Source: an uncultured Phycisphaerales bacterium
Lineage (GTDB): Bacteria > Planctomycetota > Phycisphaerae > Tepidisphaerales > Tepidisphaeraceae
Direction: 5' to 3'
DNA: 64,000 nt
NCBI GenBank assembly: GCA_963755915.1
Contig: CAVWLP010000002.1
Coordinates: forward strand, 4,224,001 to 4,288,000
Positions 10,228-21,529 of the stretch are shown here, piece after piece. Numbering within the stretch: the stretch's first letter is position 1; the number at the start of each line of letters is the position of its first letter. The notes under the pieces are model-generated. The model saw only the letters and a program-made list of their open reading frames with translations, did no database searches and was not told where the DNA came from. The position numbers and the translations under genes are program-made.

Positions 10228-11253
10228 GAGCATTTCCTTTTCCAAACTAGCGCCAGGCATCGACCTGTGCTAACCTCCGAAACAACAAGGAGGTTTTCAT
10301 GGCTTCCCAGATCACCCTCACCCGTCGATGGATCATCTCGGCCTATCAAGCCGGCAAGGGCACCAAGGAAATCGCCGCGATCTTCGGCCGGTGCGAATCA
10401 GCCGTTCGCCGCGTGCGGCAGAATCATCGCGAGCGCGGAACCGCGGACCCGCTGCTCCACCTTCGCGGCCGCAAAGGAAAACTCACCGACCAGATCAAAA
10501 CGCAGCTCGGGCAATTCGTGGCGGATCATCCCGACGCCACGCTCGCTGAAATCAAGGAGCAATTGCAACTGGACGTGGCGCTCTCCACGGTGGACCGTTG
10601 GGTCGGGAAGCTGGATTTGTCCTTTAAAAAAAGTCCCTCCACGCCGCCGAGCAGGAGCGGCCCGACGTCGCCGAGGCGCATGCGCAATGGGAACAAAACG
10701 TAAAGCAGGTCGATCCCAATCGCCTGGTTTTTCTGGATGAATCCGGGGCCAAAACCAACTTCACCCGCCTGCGTGGCCGCTGCGCCCGGGGTGAACGATT
10801 GGTGTGCAGGGTCCCGGCCGGACACTGGAGCACGACCACCATGATCGCCGCGGTGCGAGTCGGCGGCGCCATCGCCGGCGCGGTGGTGAAAGGACCGATG
10901 GACGGCGACGTTTTCGTCGTGTGGGTGCGTGAGGCGCTGCTTCCAGGACTGCGGCCCGGCGACATCGTGGTGATGGACAATCTGCCGGCTCACAAGCGGC
11001 CGGCGGTGCGGGCGATGATCGAAGCGGCGGGCTGTGAATTACGGCTGCTGCCGCCTTATTCTCCGGATTGGAATCCGATCGAGATGATGTGGAGCAAGGT
11101 GAAGCAGTTGATCCGCGGCGCCGAGCCCAGAACATTCGAAGCGTTGGTGGAGGCGGTGTTCAAGGCGATGGATGCAATCACGGCCGGCGACGCCGAGGGA
11201 TTCTTTGAGCACTGCGGCTATCACCTTCCGCTAGCTTAATTTGGGAAATGCTC
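10228..11253 (+). mobile_element. IS630-family insertion sequence
   Basis: Flanked by TA (10226-27 and 11254-55). Imperfect ~25-bp inverted ends GAGCATTTCC...CTAGCG. Confidence 0.9.
10299..11239 (+). CDS. IS630 transposase, ORFA/ORFB joined by a -1 frameshift at an A7 run (~10626-10632)
   Basis: HTH-type ORFA (HPDATLAEI), then KKSLHAAEQERPDV...LVFLDESG...VMDNLPAH...LPPYSPDWNPIE (DDE). Confidence 0.9.
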
Positions 11254-11314
11254 TAATCTCCACTTTGATCGGTATTCGGCGAACAACTTATTGATCTCGC
11301 GCAGTTCGAGGAAA

Positions 11315-13870
11315 TTATCTTGCCTTGGTGGTTAGTTTCCGTGCTACTGTGGCCAGGCCGACGACCATTACAAACTCAACGACCGTGCTTCTGGCGTACC
11401 AGGTGGTCAGATCGGAAGTAATCGGCTGGTTCCAGATGGACCAGGCGGTGAAGAGGGCGGCGATGGTTGTCACTAGGCCGAATCTCACCAGCGCGAGCAT
11501 AAGCAACATGGCCATTGAGGATTCAAAGAACCAATTCAGCGGGTCGGCGGCACGCCAGCGGACACTCACCGCGGCAACGATGGGAATGAAAGCCACGGCA
11601 GCGAGCCATCTGCTGCGCAGGATCAGACGCAACAGGACAAGCAAGAGCAGGCAGAGGAGAGAGGCCGCGACGGCTTCAACCATCGTGAACAACAATGTGC
11701 TGAAAGGGCTGCTGAACGCGAGCATGCGCACTTTAACATCCACACGCGGCAGAGCAGGGGCGCGGCCGATCCATTCGGGAACCATATTTTTGAATTGATC
11801 GAGAAGCATATAGGCGACGCCGATGACCATGCCGATCAAAATGTGCGCGCCCACAAGGGAATCGGCGATCCGACCAGTAAGGATACGACTCCAAGAGATG
11901 ACAGTTTCCGGCCAGATGCGGCGGACGTAGGGTTCGAGCGCAACGTAGATGATCCAGACCAGCGTAGCGTGTACGAGGACGGAGCCGAGTATGCGGGACA
12001 GGAGTTCCAACTCGATCTGAAGCTGCGGAACGTGGTGGGCGACCAGGAGTGAGATGACGATTTCGAGGATGCCAAAGAAGATCGCGACGCGACTCGCGCC
12101 GCGACGGTCCCCGCGGCCTTCATGAAGATTCCAACTGAGGAGGAAAAGGGAACCGGAAACGAGGGTGACCAGCAGCAAGGTTTGGAAGGTGACGTACGTT
12201 GGGCCAATCGAGGGAGGCGCAGGGATCAGCGCCTCCCACGGCTCGATGATCCGGAATGAGACGGGATTGCCATTGAGTGATGCGGCTTCAACCCGGACGT
12301 GCACCTGCGGCTCTTCTGGGTATGCCCCTTCCCATGCGTAGCGGGCATCCGCATAGGCCGGTGGCGTTAGCGCGGGCGGAACGCTGGTGAATTTGCCGAT
12401 GTCCAAACCGGCAGCGGTGAAGAGAGAAGCGAAATTGGCCACGGAAGTTGAAGCGGAGGAAGAATCGCCCGGTTGCGGGATAATTTCCAGGCGCTTGAGC
12501 CGGCCGAGCACGTCGAGCCAGACCTGTTTCGTGCCGGCGGAGAGTTTTCCGGTTGCATCGGGCGTGACGATGCTGAGGTAGTCGGTGGAGACGAAGTAAT
12601 CTGGGCTTTGGCAATACCAGAAAAAAACGGCGCCGGGTCGTGCCTGGCCGAGGCGTTCCCATTGGTGTTGTTTTGGCTGGTATCGTTCGATATAGCGGGC
12701 GAAATTTTCGTCGAACCAGAAATCATAGGCCTGATCAACGCTTTTGCCGTCCTGGCCGGTAAGGAGCAGGATGTTTTGCGCTTTTTCAACGAGGGCGTCC
12801 GGCGGTTTATCGAGATGGGCCTGTGGAAGGAAGAAGGCGAAGCGAGAAAGCAGGACGATAACGATGAGACCGACAATCGTTGCGGCCAGGCAGGTGGAGG
12901 CGACGACGCGGGAAAGGCCGGCGGTTCCACCGGCGGCGGCGACGACTTGCGGAGAAGGCGTTTCTCCGGCGGCGAGGGCGGCAGCAAGTGCATCGCCGCC
13001 AGGGAGCGCCGCGGCGACAGCAATGGCACTGGCGGGACGATTTTGCGGATCCTTTTCAAGGCATTGCTGGATGGTCCGTTCGACCAGTGGATCGATGTTC
13101 GGCTTCCATTTCGACGGCGGAGGGGGGACGACAGTTTCATGCAGGCGTTTGTATTCGAGTGTTGAATTGGCTTCGAATGCTGGCCTGCCGGTGAAGATTT
13201 CGTAGAGGACCAGGCCGAGTGAATAAATGTCGCTGCGCACGGTGGCTTTTCGGCCGCTGAAAAGTTCGGGGGCCATGTATGCGGGCGTCCCGGTGATCGC
13301 GCCGCGACCGGCTTCGTCGACAGTGGCGGCAATACCGAAGTCGGTGACGCGGACCTGACCCTGGCCGTCGAGCATGACATTGGCTAGCTTGAGGTCGCGG
13401 TGGAGAACGCTGCAACGATGTGCGGCGGCGAGGGCGGCGCACAACTGGCGGGCGATCTGGAGCGCTTTACTGCCGGAGATTCGGCTGATTCGGCGGAGCA
13501 AAGAGGCGAGGTTTTCGCCATCGACGTACTCCATGGTAATGAAAGCTTCGCCATCCACATTGCAGAGATCAAAAACGCGGCAGACGTGCGGGTGGCTGAC
13601 CTGGCGGCTGAGGCGGACTTCGTTTCGGAGCCAATCGAGCCAAATGGGGTCCTTGCCGTGGCCAGCGGTCAGAAATTTGAGGGCGACGGGTTGGTCGAGG
13701 GTAAGGTCGTCGGCACGATAGACTTCGCCCATGCCTCCGTAGCCGAGCAGGGCAACGATGCGATAGCGATTGGCGAAGACAGTACCGGGAGAGAAGCGAG
13801 AGATGTGGACGGAATCACTCGCGCCCTCAGATTTGGGGCCGTCGTCGACTGAAAGTGGCGTGCACACCAT
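11315..13870 (-). CDS. Hanks-type Ser/Thr protein kinase with extracytoplasmic domain and multi-TM C-terminus
   Basis: LGYGGMGEVY, VALK, HRDLK, DFG and GTPAYMAPE motifs; one TM, a soluble region, then ~7-8 hydrophobic segments. Confidence 0.92.
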   Translation of the reverse strand: MVCTPLSVDDGPKSEGASDSVHISRFSPGTVFANRYRIVALLGYGGMGEVYRADDLTLDQPVALKFLTAGHGKDPIWLDWLRNEVRLSRQVSHPHVCRVFDLCNVDGEAFITMEYVDGENLASLLRRISRISGSKALQIARQLCAALAAAHRCSVLHRDLKLANVMLDGQGQVRVTDFGIAATVDEAGRGAITGTPAYMAPELFSGRKATVRSDIYSLGLVLYEIFTGRPAFEANSTLEYKRLHETVVPPPPSKWKPNIDPLVERTIQQCLEKDPQNRPASAIAVAAALPGGDALAAALAAGETPSPQVVAAAGGTAGLSRVVASTCLAATIVGLIVIVLLSRFAFFLPQAHLDKPPDALVEKAQNILLLTGQDGKSVDQAYDFWFDENFARYIERYQPKQHQWERLGQARPGAVFFWYCQSPDYFVSTDYLSIVTPDATGKLSAGTKQVWLDVLGRLKRLEIIPQPGDSSSASTSVANFASLFTAAGLDIGKFTSVPPALTPPAYADARYAWEGAYPEEPQVHVRVEAASLNGNPVSFRIIEPWEALIPAPPSIGPTYVTFQTLLLVTLVSGSLFLLSWNLHEGRGDRRGASRVAIFFGILEIVISLLVAHHVPQLQIELELLSRILGSVLVHATLVWIIYVALEPYVRRIWPETVISWSRILTGRIADSLVGAHILIGMVIGVAYMLLDQFKNMVPEWIGRAPALPRVDVKVRMLAFSSPFSTLLFTMVEAVAASLLCLLLLVLLRLILRSRWLAAVAFIPIVAAVSVRWRAADPLNWFFESSMAMLLMLALVRFGLVTTIAALFTAWSIWNQPITSDLTTWYARSTVVEFVMVVGLATVARKLTTKAR

Positions 13871-15847
13871 TATGGCGACACATTCCGATCCTTTCGACGG
13901 TGCCGTGCCATGATAGCTACTGCACTCAAGCTCAGCACGGCAAGCGACGCCGGCTCCGGCACCACGCCGATGGTCGGCTCTGGCAACCCGTTCGCCGCGG
14001 CGAAGGCATCCAGTGCGGCGATGTCGGCTTTTGTTACTACGGAATCGGCTCCGCTGTCACCATCCCCCATGTTGGCGGACAGGGCCGAGAAATCCGACCC
14101 ATTGATCGAAGAGGTGTAAAGGAAATTGCCCTGATCCCAATTTGTGTAGCCCTGTCCAAAATTGGCGGAAAGAATTGAGAAGTCGGTAGCGTTCACGGTG
14201 CCATCGAGGTTGGCATCTCCCAGCAGGGTGTACTTTAATTCAATTTCACCAGAGGTGAGTCCGCTGACCACCCCGTCTGCGCTGTCCGAGAAACCAATTC
14301 CGTAGGAATGGCCACCGGTTGGAGACTGGGCGGTTGAGGAAATGATGCCGGGGCCGTTCCAGTGGCTATTGTTATAGCCGGACTTGAGGTAGCTATAGAT
14401 GGTGGACATTGGATCGCTGCCGGAGCCGTAGACGATGAAAAGGTGATTGTTGGTGATGTCGAGCGTGGAGCCGGAATTGATAGTGAGCGATCCGACGTAG
14501 CTGGCGCCGCTTTCGTGGGAAAGCTGAAGGGTCGTGCTGTGGGTGCCATCACCGATGATAGTTGAGCCGGTTCCGTTGAGCCCGCTGATAGCGGTTGCGC
14601 CGGTCCCGGTAACGTCGAGAGTGCCGTTGTTCGAGCTGCCGCTACCGATAGTGGTGGTCGACGTGGAATCTGTGTAGAGGTCTAGCGTCGTGTTTGCATT
14701 TACGGCGATTGAGGCTTGGGTCGAGGTTGAGGTGCTGGTGGTGCTAAGCTGAAGGGTGTCAGTGGACTGGCCGCTATTGTCACCGACCACCAAGGTTCCG
14801 GTGCCAGCGATTCCGGCAATGGTGGCCGAGCCGTAGCCCGTGACACTTAATGTTCCATCGTTCGTACTGCCGCCGCCAATACTCGTGGTTGATGTTGAAT
14901 TTGTGCCAAAGTTCAGGGTGGAGTTGGCATCGACGGTAAAGGTTCCTGTGCCACTGTAATCGCCGACGCTGGTGAGGCCAGCACCAGTGATGTTGAGCGT
15001 CCCGTCGTTGGTATTGCTGGCGCTAAACATGGTGGCGGAGCTGGCGTCGTTGTAGACGTCGAAAGTGGAATTGGCCTGGACGGTAAAGGAGGATTGGCTG
15101 GAAATCGAGCCACCGGCGGTGCTGAGCTGAAGCGTTGTGGCGTGGGTGCCGTCGCCGACGACGAGGGTACCGAAACCCGTAGCTGTATCGATGGTCGTGG
15201 ACCCAGCACCGGTGACGTTAATCGTCCCGTTGTTGGTGTTGGCGTTGCCGGTCCCCATGGTCGCGCTCGAGGTGGAATCCGTGTAGAGATCGAGCGTGGA
15301 ATTTGTGTTGACTGTAAACGACGATTGGGTCGAGTTTGAGCTGCTGGTGGTATTGACCGCGACGGTGGTGGCATCGACTCCATCGCCGACGGAGAGGGTT
15401 CCGGAGCCCGTGATTCCGCCGATGCTGGTGGTGCCGGCACCGGTGACATTGATGATGCCATTATTGGTATTGCCAGTGCTGATGGCCGTCGTGGAAGTGG
15501 AACCCGTCTGGAGGTCGAGCGCGCAATTGGCATCAACCGTAACGGGCGATTGGATGGAGGTTGAGCCGGCCGCTGTGTCGAGTTGGAGGGTGGTGGGGTT
15601 GACGCCGTCGCCGACGGTGAGAGAGGCGGTAAGAATCAGGGTGCCTGAGCCGACCTTCGTGACGGCACCTGAAGCGCTGACCGTTCCGCCGAGGGTCACG
15701 GTGCCGGATTGAGTGTCGAGGGTAGCACCTCCCGCGCCTATGACCACGGGATCCGTGAGGTCTGTGTCAGTCATCACTTCAAATGCCACCACCGATCATC
15801 GGATCAAATGCCACCACGTCCGATATATCGCAATCGACCGTCCCATT

Positions 15848-16759
15848 TCAAATTGACGCCGAGTTGTTGACTACCGGCGAGGCCGCTTCGGCAGGCTGAA
15901 CCCCCACGCCAGAAGACAATGGCTTTCTGGCATCGGTGTCTTCCGGAGGGGAAAGCCCTTCATCGCCGCCGGTACTCCGGCGTCCTCGCGGTTTGGTGGA
16001 TTCGATGCTTTCAGCGGTAGGCTTCGCCTCCGCGGCACGGTCTCGCAACCGATAGCTTCTGCCGGTGATCGCGATCACCTCGGCGTTGTGCAGGAAGCGA
16101 TCGAGGATTGCCGTGGCGGCCGGTACGTCGCCGATCAATTTGCCCCAGTCTTCGAGCGGCCGGTTGCTGGTCATCATGGTGGAGCGAACCTGGTAACGCC
16201 GCATGATGATCTCGAAGAGATATTCGCCGGAGCGTTTGGGCAATTGCTTCATGCCCATATCGTCGATGATGAGCAGATCGGGCCGGAGATACCGCTCCAT
16301 GATTTTGTCCTGCTGGTTGAGGGCCTCATCGTGCAGGAAGTCGCGCACCACGTCGAAGATCGAGCGGTAAAGCACGACCGATCCGTTCTTGATGGCTTGG
16401 TATCCCAGTGCCTGGGCGATGTGACTTTTTCCCAGACCCGGCGGCCCGATCAGCAAGACATCCCGCGCCTCGCGGATGAACCGGCCGGTTGCCAGCTCGA
16501 AGATCTGCTTGCGTTTGACCGACGAGTTGAAGGAAAAGTCGAACTCGTCGAGGGTCTTGAGTTCCCGAAAGCCCGCGATCTTGACGCGCCGGGCGATCAG
16601 GCGTTCATTGCGAATGAGCAATTCATCCTGAAGCACCAGTTCCAAAAACTCGCCGTGGGAAAGCTGATGGCCGGCGGCTTCCTGCAAGCGCACGTCCAAG
16701 GTGGAGGCCAAGCCCGAAAGCCGAAGGCGGGTCAGGGCGGTTCGTAACGATTCGTTCAT
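15848..16759 (-). CDS. istB: IS21 helper ATPase
   Basis: GPPGLGKS Walker A, LLIIDD Walker B, MMTSNR, AILDR...GRSYR. Confidence 0.95.
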   Translation of the reverse strand: MNESLRTALTRLRLSGLASTLDVRLQEAAGHQLSHGEFLELVLQDELLIRNERLIARRVKIAGFRELKTLDEFDFSFNSSVKRKQIFELATGRFIREARDVLLIGPPGLGKSHIAQALGYQAIKNGSVVLYRSIFDVVRDFLHDEALNQQDKIMERYLRPDLLIIDDMGMKQLPKRSGEYLFEIIMRRYQVRSTMMTSNRPLEDWGKLIGDVPAATAILDRFLHNAEVIAITGRSYRLRDRAAEAKPTAESIESTKPRGRRSTGGDEGLSPPEDTDARKPLSSGVGVQPAEAASPVVNNSASI

Positions 16760-16769
16760 AAATCTCCTT

Positions 16770-18421
16770 TCAAAAAAGTGGAGGCTTTGCCTCCACGGGG
16801 GTGTTATCGAAAGCGTCATGGACCAGTTGGGAGTAATCCGAAAGCGACCGGATCAGGGGATGCTCGGCGACGAACTCGAACTGTTGCTGTTGCGCGGCGG
16901 ATTCCGATCGTTTCAGCAGATTGCGGATGTCGCGCAGCCGATGGGTGCCGTGCCCTTGAGCCACCTGACAGGCCTGTTCGATCATTTTGGCGGGATGGCG
17001 ATGCGTGAGACTGACCAGCCCCATCACCACGCGCAAGGCGTGAATCCCCCGGCAATTCAGGACATTTTCAGCCCATTGGCCGGCGTGGGGACCGATGGCG
17101 CTGGCCTTGTTCATCCACCAGGCCGCGCCGCGTTCGATCCCGCCGCGCTTCTCGGGAACGATGTGACGATCATCGGTGGCGAAGCGTCCCGGCTCGTGCT
17201 GAACGTGGATGGCAACCTGCCGAAGCTGAGAATCAAAGAGCCGGACGACGTGCCCGTCCCAGCGCGCCCAGATGGTCCGGCCGAGGAACTCCGGCGGCGC
17301 CGAGTAATACGCCTTGGCCACCTCCACGTGGCCATCACGGTTGACGATCCGCTGGGCTTCCTGAAAACAGGGGAACCGTCCCGGCGGAAGAGGCAATAGC
17401 GCCGGCTTCTCCACTTCCGCGAACATCCTCGCCACCTGCTTGCGCGTGGTGCCATGAATGCGCGTGTCGGCGATGGTCGATTCCCATTCGGCCAGGAATT
17501 GGTTCTGCTCGGAAAGGCTCTTGAAGGTTCGGGCCTTGAGAGCATTCCCCTGGGCGTATCCGACGCCGCGTTCGATCTTTCCCTTGTGCCGTGGCGTCCT
17601 TGGGCGCGTCGGCAAAATGACGGTGCCGTAGTGACGCGCGAACTCCTGAATCTTGGGATTCAGATCGGGATCGTACCAGTCGGCATGGGTGACGGCCGCT
17701 TTGAGATTGTCGATCACCAGAGTTCTGGGAACACCGCCGAAGTGAATGAAGGCGTTTTCGATGCAGCGGATGAACTGCTCGGTGGTCTGCCGGGGCGTCA
17801 CTTCGCTGTAGGCTTTGCGCGAGCAGCTCAGCACGATGCGGAACAGGTGGGGACGGGTTCGTTTGCCGTCGGGTGTGACGAGGGTGCGCCCTTGCCGAAG
17901 TCCACCTGGGCCTCGGCGCCGGGGGCGCATTCCATTCGCCGATAGGGCAATCCGTTGGTTCCGGCACGGTTGAGCCGCTGGACAAATCGCTGGACCGGTT
18001 GGTAAGGACCGTCGAAGCCATGATCGGCAGCCAAGTCCTGCCAGATACGCTTGGCCGTCAGGCCTTGCTCAAGACCCTGAAGGATGACGGCGCGCCATGG
18101 CTCGCACTGGCTGTGACGGCCGGAAAACCCGGTAATCGAAATGGCGGCATTTGAACCGACAGATTCCGCCTCGCCGTGCATTGACCCGGTCATCGGAATG
18201 GTGGCATTTGCCTCCGATCTGACCTCGGACCCGGCAATCAGAATGGCGGCATCTGGATCCGGCGGACCTGCACCGGGTGGTTCGATCACCGCGGATTTAA
18301 TGTGACGAGAGACCGTCTCCCGGTCGATGCCCAGTTCCGCGGCGATCCGGCGATACGACCAGTTCAGTCGCGCAAGTCCCAAGATTGTCTGATGTTCCGC
18401 CATTGTGAGCCGATTCGACAT
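16770..18421 (-). CDS. istA: IS21 transposase (apparent 1-nt frameshift at ~17884)
   Basis: HTH (SYRRIAAELGIDRETVSR), PGAEAQVDFG, DNLKAAV, KGKIE, RIHGTT. Confidence 0.92.
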
Positions 18422-20809
18422 CCGCAAGCTCCCACCGGCGAGCAGCCGGGAAGCTTACGGACCGAATCTGCGCCTCTCCAAAATGGCGGCATTTGAAGTG
18501 ATGTTACGTGGCGTGATTTAAGTGATGCCTGACAGTCTGAGGTATTTGTCGAGAAACTATTAGAAAACTGTAGGGTCCCGCTATCGAGCGTGATTGTGTT
18601 TCCAGTTGCGCCAAGGTTGGCTCCACTGGTCACATTGACGGTACCCTGATTGACGTTGAGCCCGCCGGTGAGGTTCGTGTTGGTACCTGTAAGGTCCAAC
18701 GTTCCGGGTCCAAAAAACGTGGCGCCGTCGGAGCCGGCAATCCTGGCGGAGATCGCGGGTGTGCCAGCGGAGCTAGTGTAAATGACGCCTTCGTTGTTAC
18801 CGAAATTCAGGACACCGCTGCCGCTGCTGCTGATAATTGATCCCCCGTTTAGGATGACACCGGCCTGATGGCCAGCAGTTCCATCACCGAGAGTGAGCGT
18901 ATGTCCGGCGGTATCGACGGTCTGGTTTTCAGCATTGAGGGCGTATGCTGAAGCGTTGCCGGATAGTGTGTTGGTGTTGCTCCCGGTGCCCGCATCATAG
19001 ACCTCGCCGGAAGCTGAGTTGATATTGGTTGCGGCGCCCGATGTGGCTTTCACAAAACCGTTTGCGCCGTAGAACAGAAAGTAGCCATTGTTGTCGGTGG
19101 TGTCCTGTCCAACGATCGACGGATTGACGATCCCATCCTGACCGGCGGGAACGGTGCCACTGACCAGAAACTATTCCTCAACGCCCAAGTCGGCGATACC
19201 CCCCCGAGGCGGCGACGATAAACGTGCCATTGGCTTCGCGTGTCAGATTTCCGGAGTCGAGCAAAATGGTGCTGGTCGAGCTACCGCCGAGACTGATGCT
19301 GACTTGCGAGCCACCGGCATAGGAAATCCCAGACCCCATGGTCATCGTTGTCAGGCTAAGGGTGGAACTGACGGGGTCAACCCCGAGGGTTCCGCCGTTT
19401 AACGAGAGAGAACTGATGGTCGTAGAACCAGTTCCTGTAAAGCTTAATATCCCGCCGTTTACGTTTGCGGTGCCAAACGTGGCCGTGGAGGTGGAATCTG
19501 TGTAGATGTCGAGCGCGGAACTTCGGTTCACGGTAAACGCGGATTGGGAACTTGTTGTTCCGCCGGTCGTGTTTAGTTCAAGCGTGGTCGCGTGTGTACC
19601 GTCCCCCACGGCAAGCGCTCCCGTGCCGGATATACCGGCAAGGGAGACGGTCTCGGTGTTGGTAGTGGACACCGTCATCGCTCCATCATTGGAGTTGCCG
19701 CCGCCGTTCCCAACAGTGGCCGTGATCGAACTGCCGTCCGGCCCGGAACTTGCGCTTACCGACACAATGCCGCCAAAGTAGCCGCTGCCGCCGTCGGACG
19801 CCGAGATGATAACGGTATTGGCGGTAGCGGTCGCTTCAGCATTTCCCGCGAGGCCAAAAGTGCCGCCGTTGTTGGTGTTGCCTCCCTGTGCCGTAGCACT
19901 GGCGCTCGCGGTTCCCCCGGCATAGGAGTACGCCCCCGCGCCGGCAACCGCGATTCCCCCAGATCCGCCTGGTGCCCCGTCGAGGCCGCCGCCCGCACCC
20001 GCGGAAGCGGAGGCGCTTGGAGAGGACGAGGTGCCGGTTGCTGAGGCATCGGCATTCGCGCCGCCCCCGTCGCCGCCGGTTCCACCGCCATCATAGACAC
20101 CTCCGCCTTCGCCGCCCACCGCCTCTGCGGTTACACTTCCGTAGCCATCCGCCGTCGCCGAGGCGTTGCCGGCGTTACCCCCCTGCCCCCCGTCATGTGC
20201 GTACCCGCCATAGCCCCCGGTGGCACCGGCGAAGTTTGAACTCGTTGCATTCGCGGCACCGCCGGTACCTCCCATAGATCCCCCGTCACCACCGAATCCG
20301 CCAACAGCTTCTGCGGTACCGTTTTTGCTCGCGCTTGCACCAGCCGTACCGCCATCGCCGCCGCTTCCTCCACTAAGACTCTCGCTTTCCCCGCCTTGCC
20401 CCGCATAGGCGAACACATCTCCGCCTGAAGGATCTTGAGCGATTGCATTACCTCCGTTCTCGCCATAGCCCCCATTGCCAGCCGTCTGTACCCCAGGCCC
20501 GCTTGCGTTCTGTCCTGGAGTGCCGTCGTCTGCGCGCGGTTGGCGTGGACAATAGACCGAACCCAACCGTGATAGAGATCGCTACATGCTTGGTCGCTGA
20601 AAATAGCTTCTGAGATCGCATTGGTTCCTCCTCGATTGGTAGTTTTACAACGTAAATGTAGATATTCTAGACTCACAATATACTTATCTTTTCCCATTTC
20701 AAGATAAGATTGTACTAAGTATTGCCAAAGGAATATTTTGAAGAAACCGCCCCATTTGGTTGAGTCTGCTGCCCCCACAAACGGCCTCATCCGGCGATAG
20801 GCGATGTTG

Positions 20810-21337
20810 TCACCTGATCCCGCATGTTCCGTGTGCCCTAATTGATTGCGATCTGGAGGGAGACCGCGCTACCCTATCGGGCCGGTCGGCGCACGCAATG
20901 ACGGCGCCGAAAGCCCCGCGCCGGTTCGCGCTACGTCCGTGCTTTCCGGACAGCGAAACACGGTTCCGATTGGCGCAGAAATGAGCGAATTCGGGTCCGT
21001 CGGCTGCAGGTACATGTTGGAAGTGCTGACGTATTTTTTGATGCATCAGCTCATGCTGCCACCCAAACCCGTCCGCGTAGGAGCCGTCCTTGGTCTGGTT
21101 TGGAATCGCATCAATACCCTCAATGATGAACCTCCCATTGTTGTCGATGCAATACTGCAGCACTCCAAGGGCGAGCTGTCGCATATTGCTGGCACATTGG
21201 GCGGAGTAGGCTTGCCTGCGCGCCTTGTTGAGGGCGGGCAGGAGAAGGCCGACCAACACTACGATGATCCCGATCACGACCAACAACTCGACCAATGTGA
21301 AGCCACTGGGGCGGGTACGCCTGCACCTGGAACGCAT
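20810..21337 (-). pseudogene. Truncated prepilin-type (DUF1559-like) gene
   Basis: [29 protein letters not shown] and CASNMRQL. A-run frameshift at ~21036; stops after FRCPES with no H-X9-DG C-terminus. The left coordinate is approximate. Confidence 0.75.
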
Positions 21338-21529
21338 AATGAACCTCCGCCTGCGATGACATGACCATCCTGAATCGGCCCGCATTCTCCGTCGTTTGCC
21401 GACCAACCCATTCATAACATTAAACGCGATAACCGCACCATAATCCGGCAAGGGGTGCGCGCGGGAATTTATCCAGTTTGAAGCAGTCGCACACCTTTGA
21501 TTGAATACAAGTAAATTATGTATAATAGC

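Larger units (their letters stand above)
15765..18534 (-). mobile_element. IS21-family element (copy 1) with 5-bp target duplication GTCTG
   Basis: Ends TGTCAGTCATCACTT... and ...AAGTGATGCCTGACA. GTCTG at 15760-64 and 18535-39. Multiple CAAATGCC(A/G)CC subterminal repeats. Confidence 0.93.
13870..20621 (-). pseudogene. Giant Gly/Ser/Thr-rich beta-repeat PEP-CTERM surface protein (~1300 codons when reassembled), interrupted by IS21, a G-run frameshift and an in-frame TAG
   Basis: GAGGAGG RBS, ATG 20621 and a signal peptide. Removing the IS restores ...FSTNTSD|LTDPVVIG in frame. C7 run at 19199-19205, TAG at 19171-19173. C-terminus has GDANLDGTVN and VPEP-TM-RHRRK. Confidence 0.85.

Noticed and set aside
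19171-19173. Stop-codon readthrough or recoding of TAG
   Set aside because: A single case in a gene that also has an IS and a frameshift; TAG ends other genes normally.
21497-21526. TTGATT-18-TATAAT promoter on the plus strand
   Set aside because: It points into an antisense degenerate gene with no downstream plus-strand CDS; may be chance in an AT-rich patch.
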